This document shows, piece by piece, positions 24,469 to 33,699 of a stretch of 37,179 bases of DNA. A program made the position numbers and the translations under genes. This DNA is from a virus: positions 1-37,179 of IMG/VR virus record IMGVR_UViG_3300045988_036825. One strand, given 5' to 3'. Within the stretch, counting starts at the first letter, position 1, and each line of letters starts with the position of its first letter. Below the pieces are notes generated by a model, which was not told where the DNA came from, did not search any database, and saw only the letters and a list, made by a program, of their open reading frames with translations.

Positions 24469-26982
24469 ATGGCGGATCAAGTAACACTATTAGACCTTAA
24501 TTTCGGCACGTCTGAAGCCGAAAAAGGGCTGGACGCGTTGATAGCTAAGAGTATAGCCCTTGCAAAGACTAAAAAGGATTTGCAAGCGGCGTACGCGTCT
24601 GAAAAGAAGGAGCTGGAAACACTAAATCAGAACTACGCGGACGGGCTTGTGCAGCAAGACAAGTACGAAGCGACGGTTAAGAAGCTGAACAAGTCTCTGA
24701 TTGAGACGCAAAAGGCGATCTTGGACAATGCCGAGGCGAACAAACAGAATAACGCCGAGATCAAGTCTACAAAAACGCTACTGGACAACGAGGCTACTAG
24801 TGTCAACGCGCTACGTGCACAGCTGGCGCAGAACACCGCGGAGCTAAACAAGATGAGCGAGGCGCAACGGACTACCAGCAAGGAAGGGCAAGACCTAACC
24901 GAGCAAACCAAAGCATTGTCGGACAAACTTAAGGAGCTGGAAAAGTCGGTAGGCGACAACCGCCGTAATGTCGGTAACTACGCCGAGAGCGTCAAGGACG
25001 GCATACTTCAAACGCAGGGGCTAACCGGAGGCACCGGCGCGCTAGTGGGGCAAATGAAGAGCGGTATTGCGGGGGTGCAGGCGTTCAATGCGGCGTTAAA
25101 GGCGAACCCTATTATTTTCGTCGTGTCGCTCGTCTTAACTCTTATCGGTATCATCGAGAAGCTGATGAAACGTAACAGCGATTTGGCGACTAGTTTAAAT
25201 GCGGCGTTCGCTCCGTTTAAGGTCATTTTCGGGCGTTTGCTGGACTGGATAACCGGATTGTTTGAAGGCGTAGCGTTCTTGCTTGAAAACCTTTCCAAGG
25301 GCGTTACATGGCTTCTAGACAAACTAGGGCTTATCAGTGAAGAGACGAAGAGGGCGGCAGCGGAGGGCGCGCGGCTGGCAGGTGAGACGCAGAAGATTTA
25401 CCAGGCTGAAACGGACGCGCTTGTTCCGATGGCGCGAATGCGGCGCGAGATGGAAGAACTTAAAACGCTGGCGGCAGACCAAAACAAGCCAGCCGCCGAG
25501 CGCACCAAACTATTGCAACAGGCTACGGACAAATTACACGCTATCCGTGATTTGGAATTGTCCGTACTGGACGCGAAATACAAGCAGATCAAGGCGCAAA
25601 ACGCCCTAGGCTATTCAAGCGACGAAGATTTGCGGAAAGAACAGGAAGCGCTGGCCGCGCTAGAGGCCGCTAGAGCAAGCTACGCCACGCAGGAAAAAGA
25701 GATGGCCGGGCAGATGTCCGGGTTCGTTAAACAGGAACGCGACAAGCAGGTAGCAGCGGCTAAAGCATCGGCGGAAGCGAAGAAGAAAGCGGCGGAAGAC
25801 GCAGCGAAGAAAGAAGCAGACGCCTATAAGAAGCAGATGGACGAGCTTAAGAAGGCGCAGGACGCGCAGCTGAAAAAGTATTCAGAAGCCGTTACAAGTA
25901 TGCAACTCGACATAGCACAACGGGAGCTGGAAGGGGCTAAAATATCGTTGCAAGAACTGCAAGCGGTCAACGATCAAAAAATAGAGATTGAGACGTACAG
26001 ACGGGCGCAGGGGCTTATCGGGGAACAAGAGTACATTAATAACGTTCGACAATTGGAGCTAGAGTACGCCGCAGAGGTCAAGGCCCGGAAGGACGAGGAA
26101 GACCAAAAGGAGAAGGACCGCCAAGCGTTGAACTTGGAGAACGATCGCGCGCTGGCAGAGATTAAAATGACGAATGATCTAGATTTTCAGTTACAGAAAC
26201 TAGAGGCGCAAAAGGCTCTAGAGATCGCGAACGCCGAAGCCATAGGGGCGGAAACAACCGCCATAACGGAACGTTTCGAGATCATGAAGGACGAAGTAAG
26301 ACGAAAATACTATAACGCGCAATTGGAGATGGCAGCGGGCACAGCCGGACAACTCTCTAGCTTACTGGGTGAAGAGAGCGCAGCGGGCAAAGCATTTGCC
26401 GCGGCGCAGGCGCTTATCAATACTTATTTGGGTGCGTCTAAAGCTTTGGCACAGGGCGGTATATGGGGTATCGCGCAGGCGGCTATCGTAGTGGCGACGG
26501 GTATGAAAAACGTTATGAGCATTAACAAGACTAAAGAGCCGGACACTAAGATCAACACAAGCGTTAAAAAATACGCGAAGGGCGGGCAAATATATGGCCC
26601 TAGCCATGCGGCGGGCGGCGTAACGTTCACCGGATCTAACGGGCAACAGTTCGAAGCCGAGGGCGGAGAAAATATGTACATTCTCAATCGTAAGGCATCG
26701 GGCGCGATCAACGCTTTATCAGCTCTTAATATGGAGTACGGCGGGCGTTCGTTCGGCTCGTCCGGTGTGTATCGGTACGCCAATGGAGGAAAAATAGACA
26801 TAGGCAGCGGTGCGAGCATGCAGTTACCGAGCAATTTCAGCTTGTCAAATGACAGTTTGCGGAAACTGGCGGCGATCATGTACGATTCAGTGGCTAGCGT
26901 TCCAGCTCCACTGGTGGCAGTAACAGACATAGACGAGGGCCAACAGCAATATAATAGCGTACAAGTAGCGGCTAGCCTGTAA
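24469..26982 (+). CDS. Tape-measure-like protein
   Basis: 837 aa. Long coiled-coil regions rich in A/E/K/Q. Two hydrophobic segments (PIIFVVSLVLTLIGII, GIWGIAQAAIVVATG). Gly-rich C-terminal region. Confidence 0.6.
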   Translation: MADQVTLLDLNFGTSEAEKGLDALIAKSIALAKTKKDLQAAYASEKKELETLNQNYADGLVQQDKYEATVKKLNKSLIETQKAILDNAEANKQNNAEIKSTKTLLDNEATSVNALRAQLAQNTAELNKMSEAQRTTSKEGQDLTEQTKALSDKLKELEKSVGDNRRNVGNYAESVKDGILQTQGLTGGTGALVGQMKSGIAGVQAFNAALKANPIIFVVSLVLTLIGIIEKLMKRNSDLATSLNAAFAPFKVIFGRLLDWITGLFEGVAFLLENLSKGVTWLLDKLGLISEETKRAAAEGARLAGETQKIYQAETDALVPMARMRREMEELKTLAADQNKPAAERTKLLQQATDKLHAIRDLELSVLDAKYKQIKAQNALGYSSDEDLRKEQEALAALEAARASYATQEKEMAGQMSGFVKQERDKQVAAAKASAEAKKKAAEDAAKKEADAYKKQMDELKKAQDAQLKKYSEAVTSMQLDIAQRELEGAKISLQELQAVNDQKIEIETYRRAQGLIGEQEYINNVRQLELEYAAEVKARKDEEDQKEKDRQALNLENDRALAEIKMTNDLDFQLQKLEAQKALEIANAEAIGAETTAITERFEIMKDEVRRKYYNAQLEMAAGTAGQLSSLLGEESAAGKAFAAAQALINTYLGASKALAQGGIWGIAQAAIVVATGMKNVMSINKTKEPDTKINTSVKKYAKGGQIYGPSHAAGGVTFTGSNGQQFEAEGGENMYILNRKASGAINALSALNMEYGGRSFGSSGVYRYANGGKIDIGSGASMQLPSNFSLSNDSLRKLAAIMYDSVASVPAPLVAVTDIDEGQQQYNSVQVAASL

Positions 26983-27021
26983 ATCATAGGTAATGCCGCG
27001 GCTTCGTGCCGTTAAATAATA

Positions 27022-27029
27022 TATCTTTG
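27022..27029 (+). promoter_or_regulatory. -7-like box TATCTTTG upstream of the head-morphogenesis genes
   Basis: Exact TAnnTTTG 21 nt upstream of ATG 27051. No convincing -33 TTTG. Confidence 0.3.
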
Positions 27030-27050
27030 TGACGATAATAAAGTAATAGA

Positions 27051-28070
27051 ATGAAAAAGTTTGAAAAATTACGTATTATAGAGGCGGGCGAAACCGCCAA
27101 CAGCTATGAAGAGGGGGGCAAGACTTATAAATTAGTCATCTCTGCAAGTGCTTTCCCGTCACTCGTGGCGGTTGGCAATTCCCGCCCGATCCATGCGCGC
27201 CGGACACACAACGGTGCGGACTTGCTAGACGGTTACGTAGGTTATTTTACTAACTTCCAACACGACGAGACAGCCGTTTATGCTGATCTAGTCATGTCGG
27301 AAGCACTGGAAAGCGCGTACCCTAGTGAGTTTAATTTTATGGTTGCCATGATCGAGAAAGAGCCGGAATTATTAGGCGTATCGGTTAATCAGTCTGATAT
27401 TAAAGAGCTGGACGAAGAAGCGCAAACTGCAACCGTAACAGAAGTAAGAGAATTATTTAGTGCCGATTTGGTGGGACTTCCCGCGGCAACTAGTTCTTTA
27501 TTTAATAACAATTTAAACAATTTATCAATGAGTAAATTTTGGACAAATTTGGTGAAGCTAGTAAAGACTACTAAGCTAGCTAGGGAAACCGTCACAACCA
27601 AAGAGGGGAAAGAGCTTGTTATTATCGCGCAAGGCGAACAGGCGGCTCTAGGTGACGAAGTACAGGACGCCGAGGGCAAACCGGTAGAAGATGGCGATTA
27701 CCACATTTCGATCGGTGAAGGCGAGGACATGATCATCTCCGTTATTAACGGGAAGATTTCCAACGTTAAAGAAGTTGGGGACGAAACCGATCGCGAAGAG
27801 CGCAGGCAAGATGAATTTGCAGAAGAGACAGAAGAAAAGCCGGAGGATGAGAAGAAAACGGCCACACCGGAAGAACTTTCAGCACTCCGCAAAGAAGTTA
27901 CCGAGCTGAAAACAACTGTTTCGGAACTTAAGACGCAACTAAACAAGCGTACAGTCGCACCCGCAGCGGCTAAGACAGAGGTAAAGACCGAAACCAATAC
28001 CGGAACAAAATTGAGCCGCGAAGAGGTTCAGAAGGCCGCGGCAGAAATGCGTAAAAAATTCAAATACTAA
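27051..28070 (+). CDS. Capsid maturation protease and/or scaffolding protein
   Basis: Directly upstream of the capsid gene. The N-terminal about 130 aa loosely resemble the prohead serine protease pattern (H in ARRTHNG, LGVSVN). The C-terminal half is acidic and coiled-coil (EELSALRKEVTELKTTVSELKTQL), like scaffolds. Confidence 0.4.
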   Translation: MKKFEKLRIIEAGETANSYEEGGKTYKLVISASAFPSLVAVGNSRPIHARRTHNGADLLDGYVGYFTNFQHDETAVYADLVMSEALESAYPSEFNFMVAMIEKEPELLGVSVNQSDIKELDEEAQTATVTEVRELFSADLVGLPAATSSLFNNNLNNLSMSKFWTNLVKLVKTTKLARETVTTKEGKELVIIAQGEQAALGDEVQDAEGKPVEDGDYHISIGEGEDMIISVINGKISNVKEVGDETDREERRQDEFAEETEEKPEDEKKTATPEELSALRKEVTELKTTVSELKTQLNKRTVAPAAAKTEVKTETNTGTKLSREEVQKAAAEMRKKFKY

Positions 28071-28090
28071 TCTACTAAAACATTAAAATT

Positions 28091-29047
28091 ATGGCATTTA
28101 CATTTAGCGATTTAAACAAATTGAATATCGACAGCCTGGCCGATGTTATCTCATTGACGCTGGGTTTGGAGGGCGAATTGTCCAACGGCGTAACAGTGTT
28201 GGCGGGTATTGAGAAGGGCAAACCTATCTTGACTTTCACAGCAACAGACAAAGCGGTTAGACGTTCCGCGGGTTGTGACAGCGAATACAAGTATAGCGCA
28301 TTGCAGGACAAAGTGAAATACTACGATCACGCACAGATTGAATTGCCTATCGTGGTTTGTCTGCAAGACCTTTGGGGAAAAATGGTTGCAAAGGGTGTTC
28401 ACCTTTCGGCTGATTTCGACCAAACACAGTTGGCGGCTTTCATGCAGAACGAAATTCTGAAAGTACTTGAGGCTGATATGTTGCGTCTCGTATGGTTGGA
28501 CGGTCTGAAAACAACTGATACCACAGGCGAATATACAGTTTTCAAAAACGGTGGTATTATCAAGCAGATGCAGGCTTCAACCGAAACTATTAAGGCTCTT
28601 GTTCCTTCGGGGGCTGGCGCTAACGTTTTGGAGTGTTTGAAGTGGTGTATTGACAACCAACGCCCGGATCAACTGGACGATTCAGAGTTCTATGTAACTA
28701 GCAACGTTATGCGCGCTTACAAGGACTTAGTTGAAGCTAAAGACAATCATTTGGCACAGGCTAACATGGAGAACGGCAAACCCGCGTACTACTTTGAAGG
28801 TTACAAGTTGAACGAGTTGCGCCACGTGTCTAACAGTGCTAAGGGCGACGCTCTAACAGTTCAGTCTTTCATCGCTTTCTCTCCGAAAACTAACATTCAG
28901 TTGGCACTGGAAGACGCAAGTTTGACAATTGACCCGTTCATTCGTGACGCTAAAGACCGTAAGTATTACAGTACAACTGTGTTCGCGGCTGATGCAATGC
29001 TTGCAGTTCCGCAGTATATGAAATTATGCACCGCAGCAGGTGTTTAA
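28091..29047 (+). CDS. Major capsid protein (HK97-fold expected)
   Basis: 318 aa, follows the scaffold/protease gene, strong AAAATT-ATG context. Composition and the RLVWLDG region are typical of phage major capsid proteins. Confidence 0.6.
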   Translation: MAFTFSDLNKLNIDSLADVISLTLGLEGELSNGVTVLAGIEKGKPILTFTATDKAVRRSAGCDSEYKYSALQDKVKYYDHAQIELPIVVCLQDLWGKMVAKGVHLSADFDQTQLAAFMQNEILKVLEADMLRLVWLDGLKTTDTTGEYTVFKNGGIIKQMQASTETIKALVPSGAGANVLECLKWCIDNQRPDQLDDSEFYVTSNVMRAYKDLVEAKDNHLAQANMENGKPAYYFEGYKLNELRHVSNSAKGDALTVQSFIAFSPKTNIQLALEDASLTIDPFIRDAKDRKYYSTTVFAADAMLAVPQYMKLCTAAGV

Positions 29048-29066
29048 CAACTAAAACAAAATTTAA

Positions 29067-29603
29067 ATGGCTTGTATAAAGACATTAAATAAAGCAATTA
29101 CCTACGACTGCCGACCCGGTAGCGTAGGTATCGCTGAAATGTATCTGATAAACTTTGGCGATGTAGCAACGTCAACCGTAGACGCTAGTAATCAAATTAC
29201 CGCGTTGTCGCTTAAATCGGGGGCAAAAACTATTCCGGTTGAGGCGTACAAAAATGGTGCGAAGTTCACAGAATCGTTGAAATTATCGGATATTTCGGCG
29301 GGTTTGGATCAGTCTATAATGTTCACATTATACGATAAAACCTCGGTGAACGCCAACCCGATTATGGCGGCGTTGTTATCCGGCAGGTTCATGGCGGCTG
29401 TGAAGCTAAACGACATAAGCGCAGCCCCTGTTATGGTCGGATTCAAATGTGGGCTTGAAATTTCTCAAGCCGATACGGATTCTAGCGCGGCAGGTGGTTT
29501 TACTACGATCACTATTAAGACGCCGGACGATGCTAGAGGAGAAAATAGAATAACAATCGCTTCGGTAGTGTGGACGACTATTGCAAACGCAAAACTTGTA
29601 TAA
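29067..29603 (+). CDS. Structural protein, tandem paralog 1 of 3 (possible tail tube)
   Basis: N-terminus MACIKTLNKAITYDC and C-terminus GLEISQADTDSSAAGGFTTITIKTPDD are shared with the next two genes. Confidence 0.6.
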   Translation: MACIKTLNKAITYDCRPGSVGIAEMYLINFGDVATSTVDASNQITALSLKSGAKTIPVEAYKNGAKFTESLKLSDISAGLDQSIMFTLYDKTSVNANPIMAALLSGRFMAAVKLNDISAAPVMVGFKCGLEISQADTDSSAAGGFTTITIKTPDDARGENRITIASVVWTTIANAKLV

Positions 29604-29604
29604 T

Positions 29605-30138
29605 ATGGGATGCTTAAATAAATTAAATAAAGCGATCTTAGTAGATTGCAACGGAGGGGCGACAGGCGTAGCCGAAATGCTCCTTATCAACTTTGCGGAC
29701 ATCGCGACAAAATCTGTGGCGAACGGCATAGCCACCATTACGCTAGCCGCAGCAGCGAAAGCTGTGTTGGTTGAGAGTAACAAGAAGGGCGTGAACGCTA
29801 CGGAAGAACTGAAACAGAACGACAACGCGCCGACAGCATTGACGCATGCAGTTAAGTTTACACTGTACCAGGGAAACGCGAACGGGACGGTGATAGTCAA
29901 TCAGATTTTGAACGGTACGTTTTTAGCACTGGTTAAGACTAAAGCCGGGAGCACACGTGTTTATGGGCTTAATTATGGTTTAACAATGTCGGCATTTACC
30001 GAGGATGTGAACTCAAACGGCGGATTTACTACCATTACACTATCCACACCGGAAAATGTGATTGGTGAAATGCGTGTGAGTTTTGCAGATTCTTCGTACA
30101 CAACGCTAAGAAATGCGGCTATCGTAACAGAATCATAA
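29605..30138 (+). CDS. Structural protein, tandem paralog 2 of 3
   Basis: ATG 29605 (MGCLNKLNKAILVDC) is preferred to TTG 29581. C-terminus GLTMSAFTEDVNSNGGFTTITLSTPEN. Confidence 0.6.
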   Translation: MGCLNKLNKAILVDCNGGATGVAEMLLINFADIATKSVANGIATITLAAAAKAVLVESNKKGVNATEELKQNDNAPTALTHAVKFTLYQGNANGTVIVNQILNGTFLALVKTKAGSTRVYGLNYGLTMSAFTEDVNSNGGFTTITLSTPENVIGEMRVSFADSSYTTLRNAAIVTES

Positions 30139-30151
30139 AGGAGGTAAAATT

Positions 30152-30694
30152 ATGGCATGTATAAGAAAACTAGAATATAATATTACATATGATTGCGCTA
30201 AATTAGGGGCGGTCAGCGGCACTGGCGAAATAGACGAGGCTATTATTATAAATTCGTCTGACATCGCCACAGTTTCGGAGACTGACAGCGTAGGAACAAT
30301 CACGATGCAGAAAGGGAAGCATGGGTATGTAATAAACTCCATTAATAATTCCGTCATGTACCAGGACGCGATCAAGGTTAACGACATTGTACCGCCGGGG
30401 GAAGATCAAAGCGTAATTCTAAAACTTTTGCGATCCGAGGGAACAGATTCCGGATATAGAAATACAATCGCATCTCTGATAGGCGGGAATTTCCGGGTAG
30501 CTTTTGCAACTAAAAAGGGGTCTTATTTTTTGGCAGGTGCATTTTGCGGTTTGGAGGCGTCAGACCTTGCAACCGATTCAAGCGCGGGCGGTATTTCAAC
30601 CGTGACGCTCAAAACGCCGGAAGGCGCGACGGGTGACAAACTTGTAACCCTCACTAAAGACGCTTATGACGGTCTAAAGATACCTAAAGTTTAA
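30152..30694 (+). CDS. Structural protein, tandem paralog 3 of 3
   Basis: MACIRKLEYNITYDC ... GLEASDLATDSSAGGISTVTLKTPEG. Preceded by one of the few clear AGGAGG sites in the genome. Confidence 0.6.
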   Translation: MACIRKLEYNITYDCAKLGAVSGTGEIDEAIIINSSDIATVSETDSVGTITMQKGKHGYVINSINNSVMYQDAIKVNDIVPPGEDQSVILKLLRSEGTDSGYRNTIASLIGGNFRVAFATKKGSYFLAGAFCGLEASDLATDSSAGGISTVTLKTPEGATGDKLVTLTKDAYDGLKIPKV

Positions 30695-30716
30695 AAACAA
30701 TTTAATTTAATAAAAG

Positions 30717-31268
30717 ATGGAAAAAATTACAGATATAGGGCAAATAGTTTCATTGTGTCAAACAATGACTAACCTAAAATTGGATATTGCATGCGGTGCG
30801 GATCGTCTGTTTGCGCAACGTTGGTATGATGAACAGTACGCAACCGGGAAGCACACACGTTACGTAATGAAGCCGGGACTATTCATCAATTCGATCGAGG
30901 ACGGACGGGTGTACCGCGCTTTCAACACAAGCGATGAAAAAGCCGTTTACTTCATGGAATCAAACGAGAATTACAAGGACTATTTTATAGACTTGCAAGC
31001 AGAACCGGAAGCACCCGTAGAAGGTGATCCAGAACCGGAAGCACCCGTAGAAGGTGATCCAGAACCGGAAGCACCCGTAGAAGGTGATCCAGAACCGGAA
31101 GCCGTTCAAGTGATGGCAGCAGCCGAAGAGCCGGAACTATCAGAGGAAGAGATCGCAGCGGCTAAACGCAGTGAAGCGGCAAAAAAGGCAGCAGCCACAC
31201 GCGCCGCAAATAAAGCAGCAGCAGAAGAGGCAGCAGCCGCGGAGGGTCTTAAAGAGTTCGAAGAATAA
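30717..31268 (+). CDS. Hypothetical virion-module protein with a repeated EPEAPVEGDP linker and an Ala/Glu/Lys-rich tail
   Basis: ORF track entry. Contains the perfect 30-bp tandem repeat. Confidence 0.6.
   Translation: MEKITDIGQIVSLCQTMTNLKLDIACGADRLFAQRWYDEQYATGKHTRYVMKPGLFINSIEDGRVYRAFNTSDEKAVYFMESNENYKDYFIDLQAEPEAPVEGDPEPEAPVEGDPEPEAPVEGDPEPEAVQVMAAAEEPELSEEEIAAAKRSEAAKKAAATRAANKAAAEEAAAAEGLKEFEE
31000..31102 (+). repeat. Perfect 30-bp tandem repeat, about 3.4 copies
   Basis: AGAACCGGAAGCACCCGTAGAAGGTGATCC at 31001, 31031 and 31061, plus 12 nt of a fourth unit. No mismatch between copies. Confidence 0.95.
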
Positions 31269-31283
31269 TAAAAGTAGATTGGT

Positions 31284-32444
31284 ATGATAGCAGCAAAAAG
31301 AATTGAATTACTAGTACGGAAGGCGCTAAACCTAGCGCCCCGCGCTAGTGAGGGCATAGTAAGTTACGACATTGATAATTTATACCCCCAACGGATCGCA
31401 AATCTTATCGACGCGAGCAAGACAGCTACGGCGTGTTGCGACAAGGCGAAAGAAAACATAATTTGCGAAGGTTTCGTTAACGAGGAGTTTGCGGCTAGGA
31501 CGAACGAACACGGGCAGGACATGAACGACGTTTTAGAGTTCGTGGCGGACGAGATACCAAGATACAGAGGTTACGGATTAATAGTACAATACGGGGGCGA
31601 TGGACGCCCTTTGTACTGTTATCCCGTGCCGTTCGGCTACATTCGCGCCGTTCTGAACGAGGACTACAAGCGGGATTCTATCGTGCGGAAATGGCGCGTG
31701 TTCGATAACTGGGAGCGCGAGATGATTAAGGACACGAATGTAAAAACAGGCGTAGTTTATCCCAATTTCGATCCGAAAAATTTCTGGAAAGAATGCGAGG
31801 AGTACGGAGGCATTGAAAACCATCCGGGGCAACTCTATTATGCTAACTTCTCAAACCGTCGACCCTATCCTATCAGCCCGTTTCATGCAGTACAGCCGGA
31901 AATGGGAGCTGAACACGGGAATGCGTTGTACGTCGAGAACGTTCTAGCGCGCGGTTTCCACGCTTGCAGTGTTGTATCGCATGGAATGTTTCAAAGCGAT
32001 CAAGAACAAAACGAGTTCCGGGACGCAATTACCGAAATGATGGGGGTAGAAGGAACTGGCGCGGTACTCACGGTAAGAGACGAGAACGTAGGTATTACAG
32101 AGAAGCCCTTTATCCGGGTGGATCAAATTGGTACGCCTATTGATTCGGATCTTTACAAATCGTATTGTGAACCATTGCGGAAAGACATTGCTATTTCTTG
32201 TTTTACAATTCCGATCCCGCTTATTGATTCGTCATTGATTAGCTTTTCGAACGCGTCGGGCGAAGTGGTTAAGGAGATGCAACGCGTTTACCGCCGTTCA
32301 TTGTCGCGTGTCCGTGATAAAATTTCCCGCGATCTAGCCTACATATTCGACATAGACCCGGAACTAACTAAGATTAAAAACGATTTGGAAGGCGGCGCGG
32401 ATACAGTTCCAGCTACACCCGCCGACCAAGTAATAACAGATTGA
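31284..32444 (+). CDS. Portal protein
   Basis: 386 aa. Overall pattern (N-terminal helix, YRGYGLIV, PISPFHAV...ALYVEN, MMGVEGTGAVL) resembles small siphovirus portal proteins. The only portal-like ORF in the genome. Confidence 0.6.
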   Translation: MIAAKRIELLVRKALNLAPRASEGIVSYDIDNLYPQRIANLIDASKTATACCDKAKENIICEGFVNEEFAARTNEHGQDMNDVLEFVADEIPRYRGYGLIVQYGGDGRPLYCYPVPFGYIRAVLNEDYKRDSIVRKWRVFDNWEREMIKDTNVKTGVVYPNFDPKNFWKECEEYGGIENHPGQLYYANFSNRRPYPISPFHAVQPEMGAEHGNALYVENVLARGFHACSVVSHGMFQSDQEQNEFRDAITEMMGVEGTGAVLTVRDENVGITEKPFIRVDQIGTPIDSDLYKSYCEPLRKDIAISCFTIPIPLIDSSLISFSNASGEVVKEMQRVYRRSLSRVRDKISRDLAYIFDIDPELTKIKNDLEGGADTVPATPADQVITD

Positions 32445-32445
32445 T

Positions 32446-32883
32446 ATGGCATACCCGATTCAACTATTACGAGATTTATTCACGATCGCGAAGGACGTTA
32501 AAGATAGCGACATTGAGAAGGCATTTTACGAGGCTGACATGCTTGACATGTCTCCGCAACTTCACCGATCGTATGAAGAGATACCACCGGAGTACTTAAG
32601 TGATACCCCGGCGCGTACAGGAGCTAATAAAGTATTGTGCTATTACGCCTTTGCGCGCTATTTGCAGACAAGCGAGCAGCAAAGCACGGCGAGCGGCCTA
32701 AAAATACAAAACTATAATGGCAGCTACGTTTTAGCGGATGACAACAAAGCAAGGCGGTTTGAAGCAGAACGCGGCAAGGCTGATTTATTTATAGTCCCGT
32801 TGATCAATGCGTTTAAAGACGCTAAACTGATTGAGGAGGAGTGTTCACACAGGGTACAATCTAGGATATGTTTAATAAAGTAA
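32446..32883 (+). CDS. Hypothetical protein (possible head-tail connector)
   Basis: 145-aa ORF starting 1 nt after the portal stop. No motif recognised. Confidence 0.3.
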   Translation: MAYPIQLLRDLFTIAKDVKDSDIEKAFYEADMLDMSPQLHRSYEEIPPEYLSDTPARTGANKVLCYYAFARYLQTSEQQSTASGLKIQNYNGSYVLADDNKARRFEAERGKADLFIVPLINAFKDAKLIEEECSHRVQSRICLIK

Positions 32884-33410
32884 TGGATGGAGTTTTTGAT
32901 ACGGCGCGCGTCGCGTCTTTAGCTTTCCTACTAACAGTTATCAATGATGTAATGACGTTCTTTGTCCTGATCGTGTTGTTTGGGACGTTGAATTTTATAG
33001 TAGGACTTATTGCAGGTTTACGGGCTGGTGAAAAATATAGCCACCAAAAGGCATTCCACGCCTTTTTCGAATATGCTATCGCGGCGATCGTGATTCTATT
33101 CACAGCGGCAGGCGCGCGCCTTATCGAACCGCACGGGAATTATACGGACTTATTGCGGTTGTTGACAACGCTCTTCGCGCTTGTGTATTCGAAAAACATT
33201 ATCCGCAATTTTAAGCAAATCCAACCGGATAACGAGTTTATTACAGTACTGGATATAATTATTAATACGAAGTATATAGACTTCATAAAACACTTGAAAA
33301 ATGGTAAACTTCACAATTCAAGAGCTAACCGCGTCAACGACGGCGGCGGCGAAGAAGATCAACAACGACCCGACTCCGGAAATAGCGGAGAATCTGAAAC
33401 TGTTAGTTGA
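32868..33410 (+). CDS. Holin (multi-TM, phage_holin_4-like)
   Basis: Three to four hydrophobic helices. NFIVGLIAGLRAGEKYSHQKAF and YSKNIIRNF resemble conserved holin family 4 segments. Highly charged C-terminal tail. Immediately precedes the endolysin. Confidence 0.55.
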   Translation: MFNKVMDGVFDTARVASLAFLLTVINDVMTFFVLIVLFGTLNFIVGLIAGLRAGEKYSHQKAFHAFFEYAIAAIVILFTAAGARLIEPHGNYTDLLRLLTTLFALVYSKNIIRNFKQIQPDNEFITVLDIIINTKYIDFIKHLKNGKLHNSRANRVNDGGGEEDQQRPDSGNSGESETVS

Positions 33411-33699
33411 TATGGTACTAGACCCGCTACGGAACGCCTATGGCAAACCGATCCGAGTTAATAGCGGATACAGATCGCCCGCCCTAAATGCGGTGGTGAA
33501 AGGTTCTAAGACGTCGCAGCACATGAAAGGGCAGGCGGCGGACATTACAGCGGGAAGCAAACAAGAGAATAAGAAACTTTTCGATCTGGCGCAAAAACTC
33601 AATTTACCGTTTTGCCAACTTATCGACGAAAAGAATTTCACTTGGGTGCATATCTCATACGATAAGAACAACGTGAAACGCCAAATCCTGCACCTATGA
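33301..33699 (+). CDS. Endolysin, peptidase M15 (D-alanyl-D-alanine carboxypeptidase-like)
   Basis: FTIQELT start, SGYRSPALNAVVKGSKTSQHMKGQAADI (the H..G.A.D zinc ligands) and WVHISY (third ligand His). Confidence 0.8.
   Translation: MVNFTIQELTASTTAAAKKINNDPTPEIAENLKLLVDMVLDPLRNAYGKPIRVNSGYRSPALNAVVKGSKTSQHMKGQAADITAGSKQENKKLFDLAQKLNLPFCQLIDEKNFTWVHISYDKNNVKRQILHL

Noticed and set aside
25337-25609. Arg-rich 90-aa alternative-frame ORF inside the tape-measure-like gene
   Set aside because: It is an off-frame read of an A/E/K-rich coiled-coil region with no start context.
26424-26987. Long minus-strand ORFs (26424..26987, 29406..29900, 33638..34183, 35522..36019 and many shorter ones)
   Set aside because: Each is antisense to a well-supported + strand gene. 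They have the Ser/Leu/Phe-rich composition expected from reverse-complementing E/K/A-rich genes. None has its own promoter-like element or free intergenic space. The genome is otherwise strictly unidirectional.
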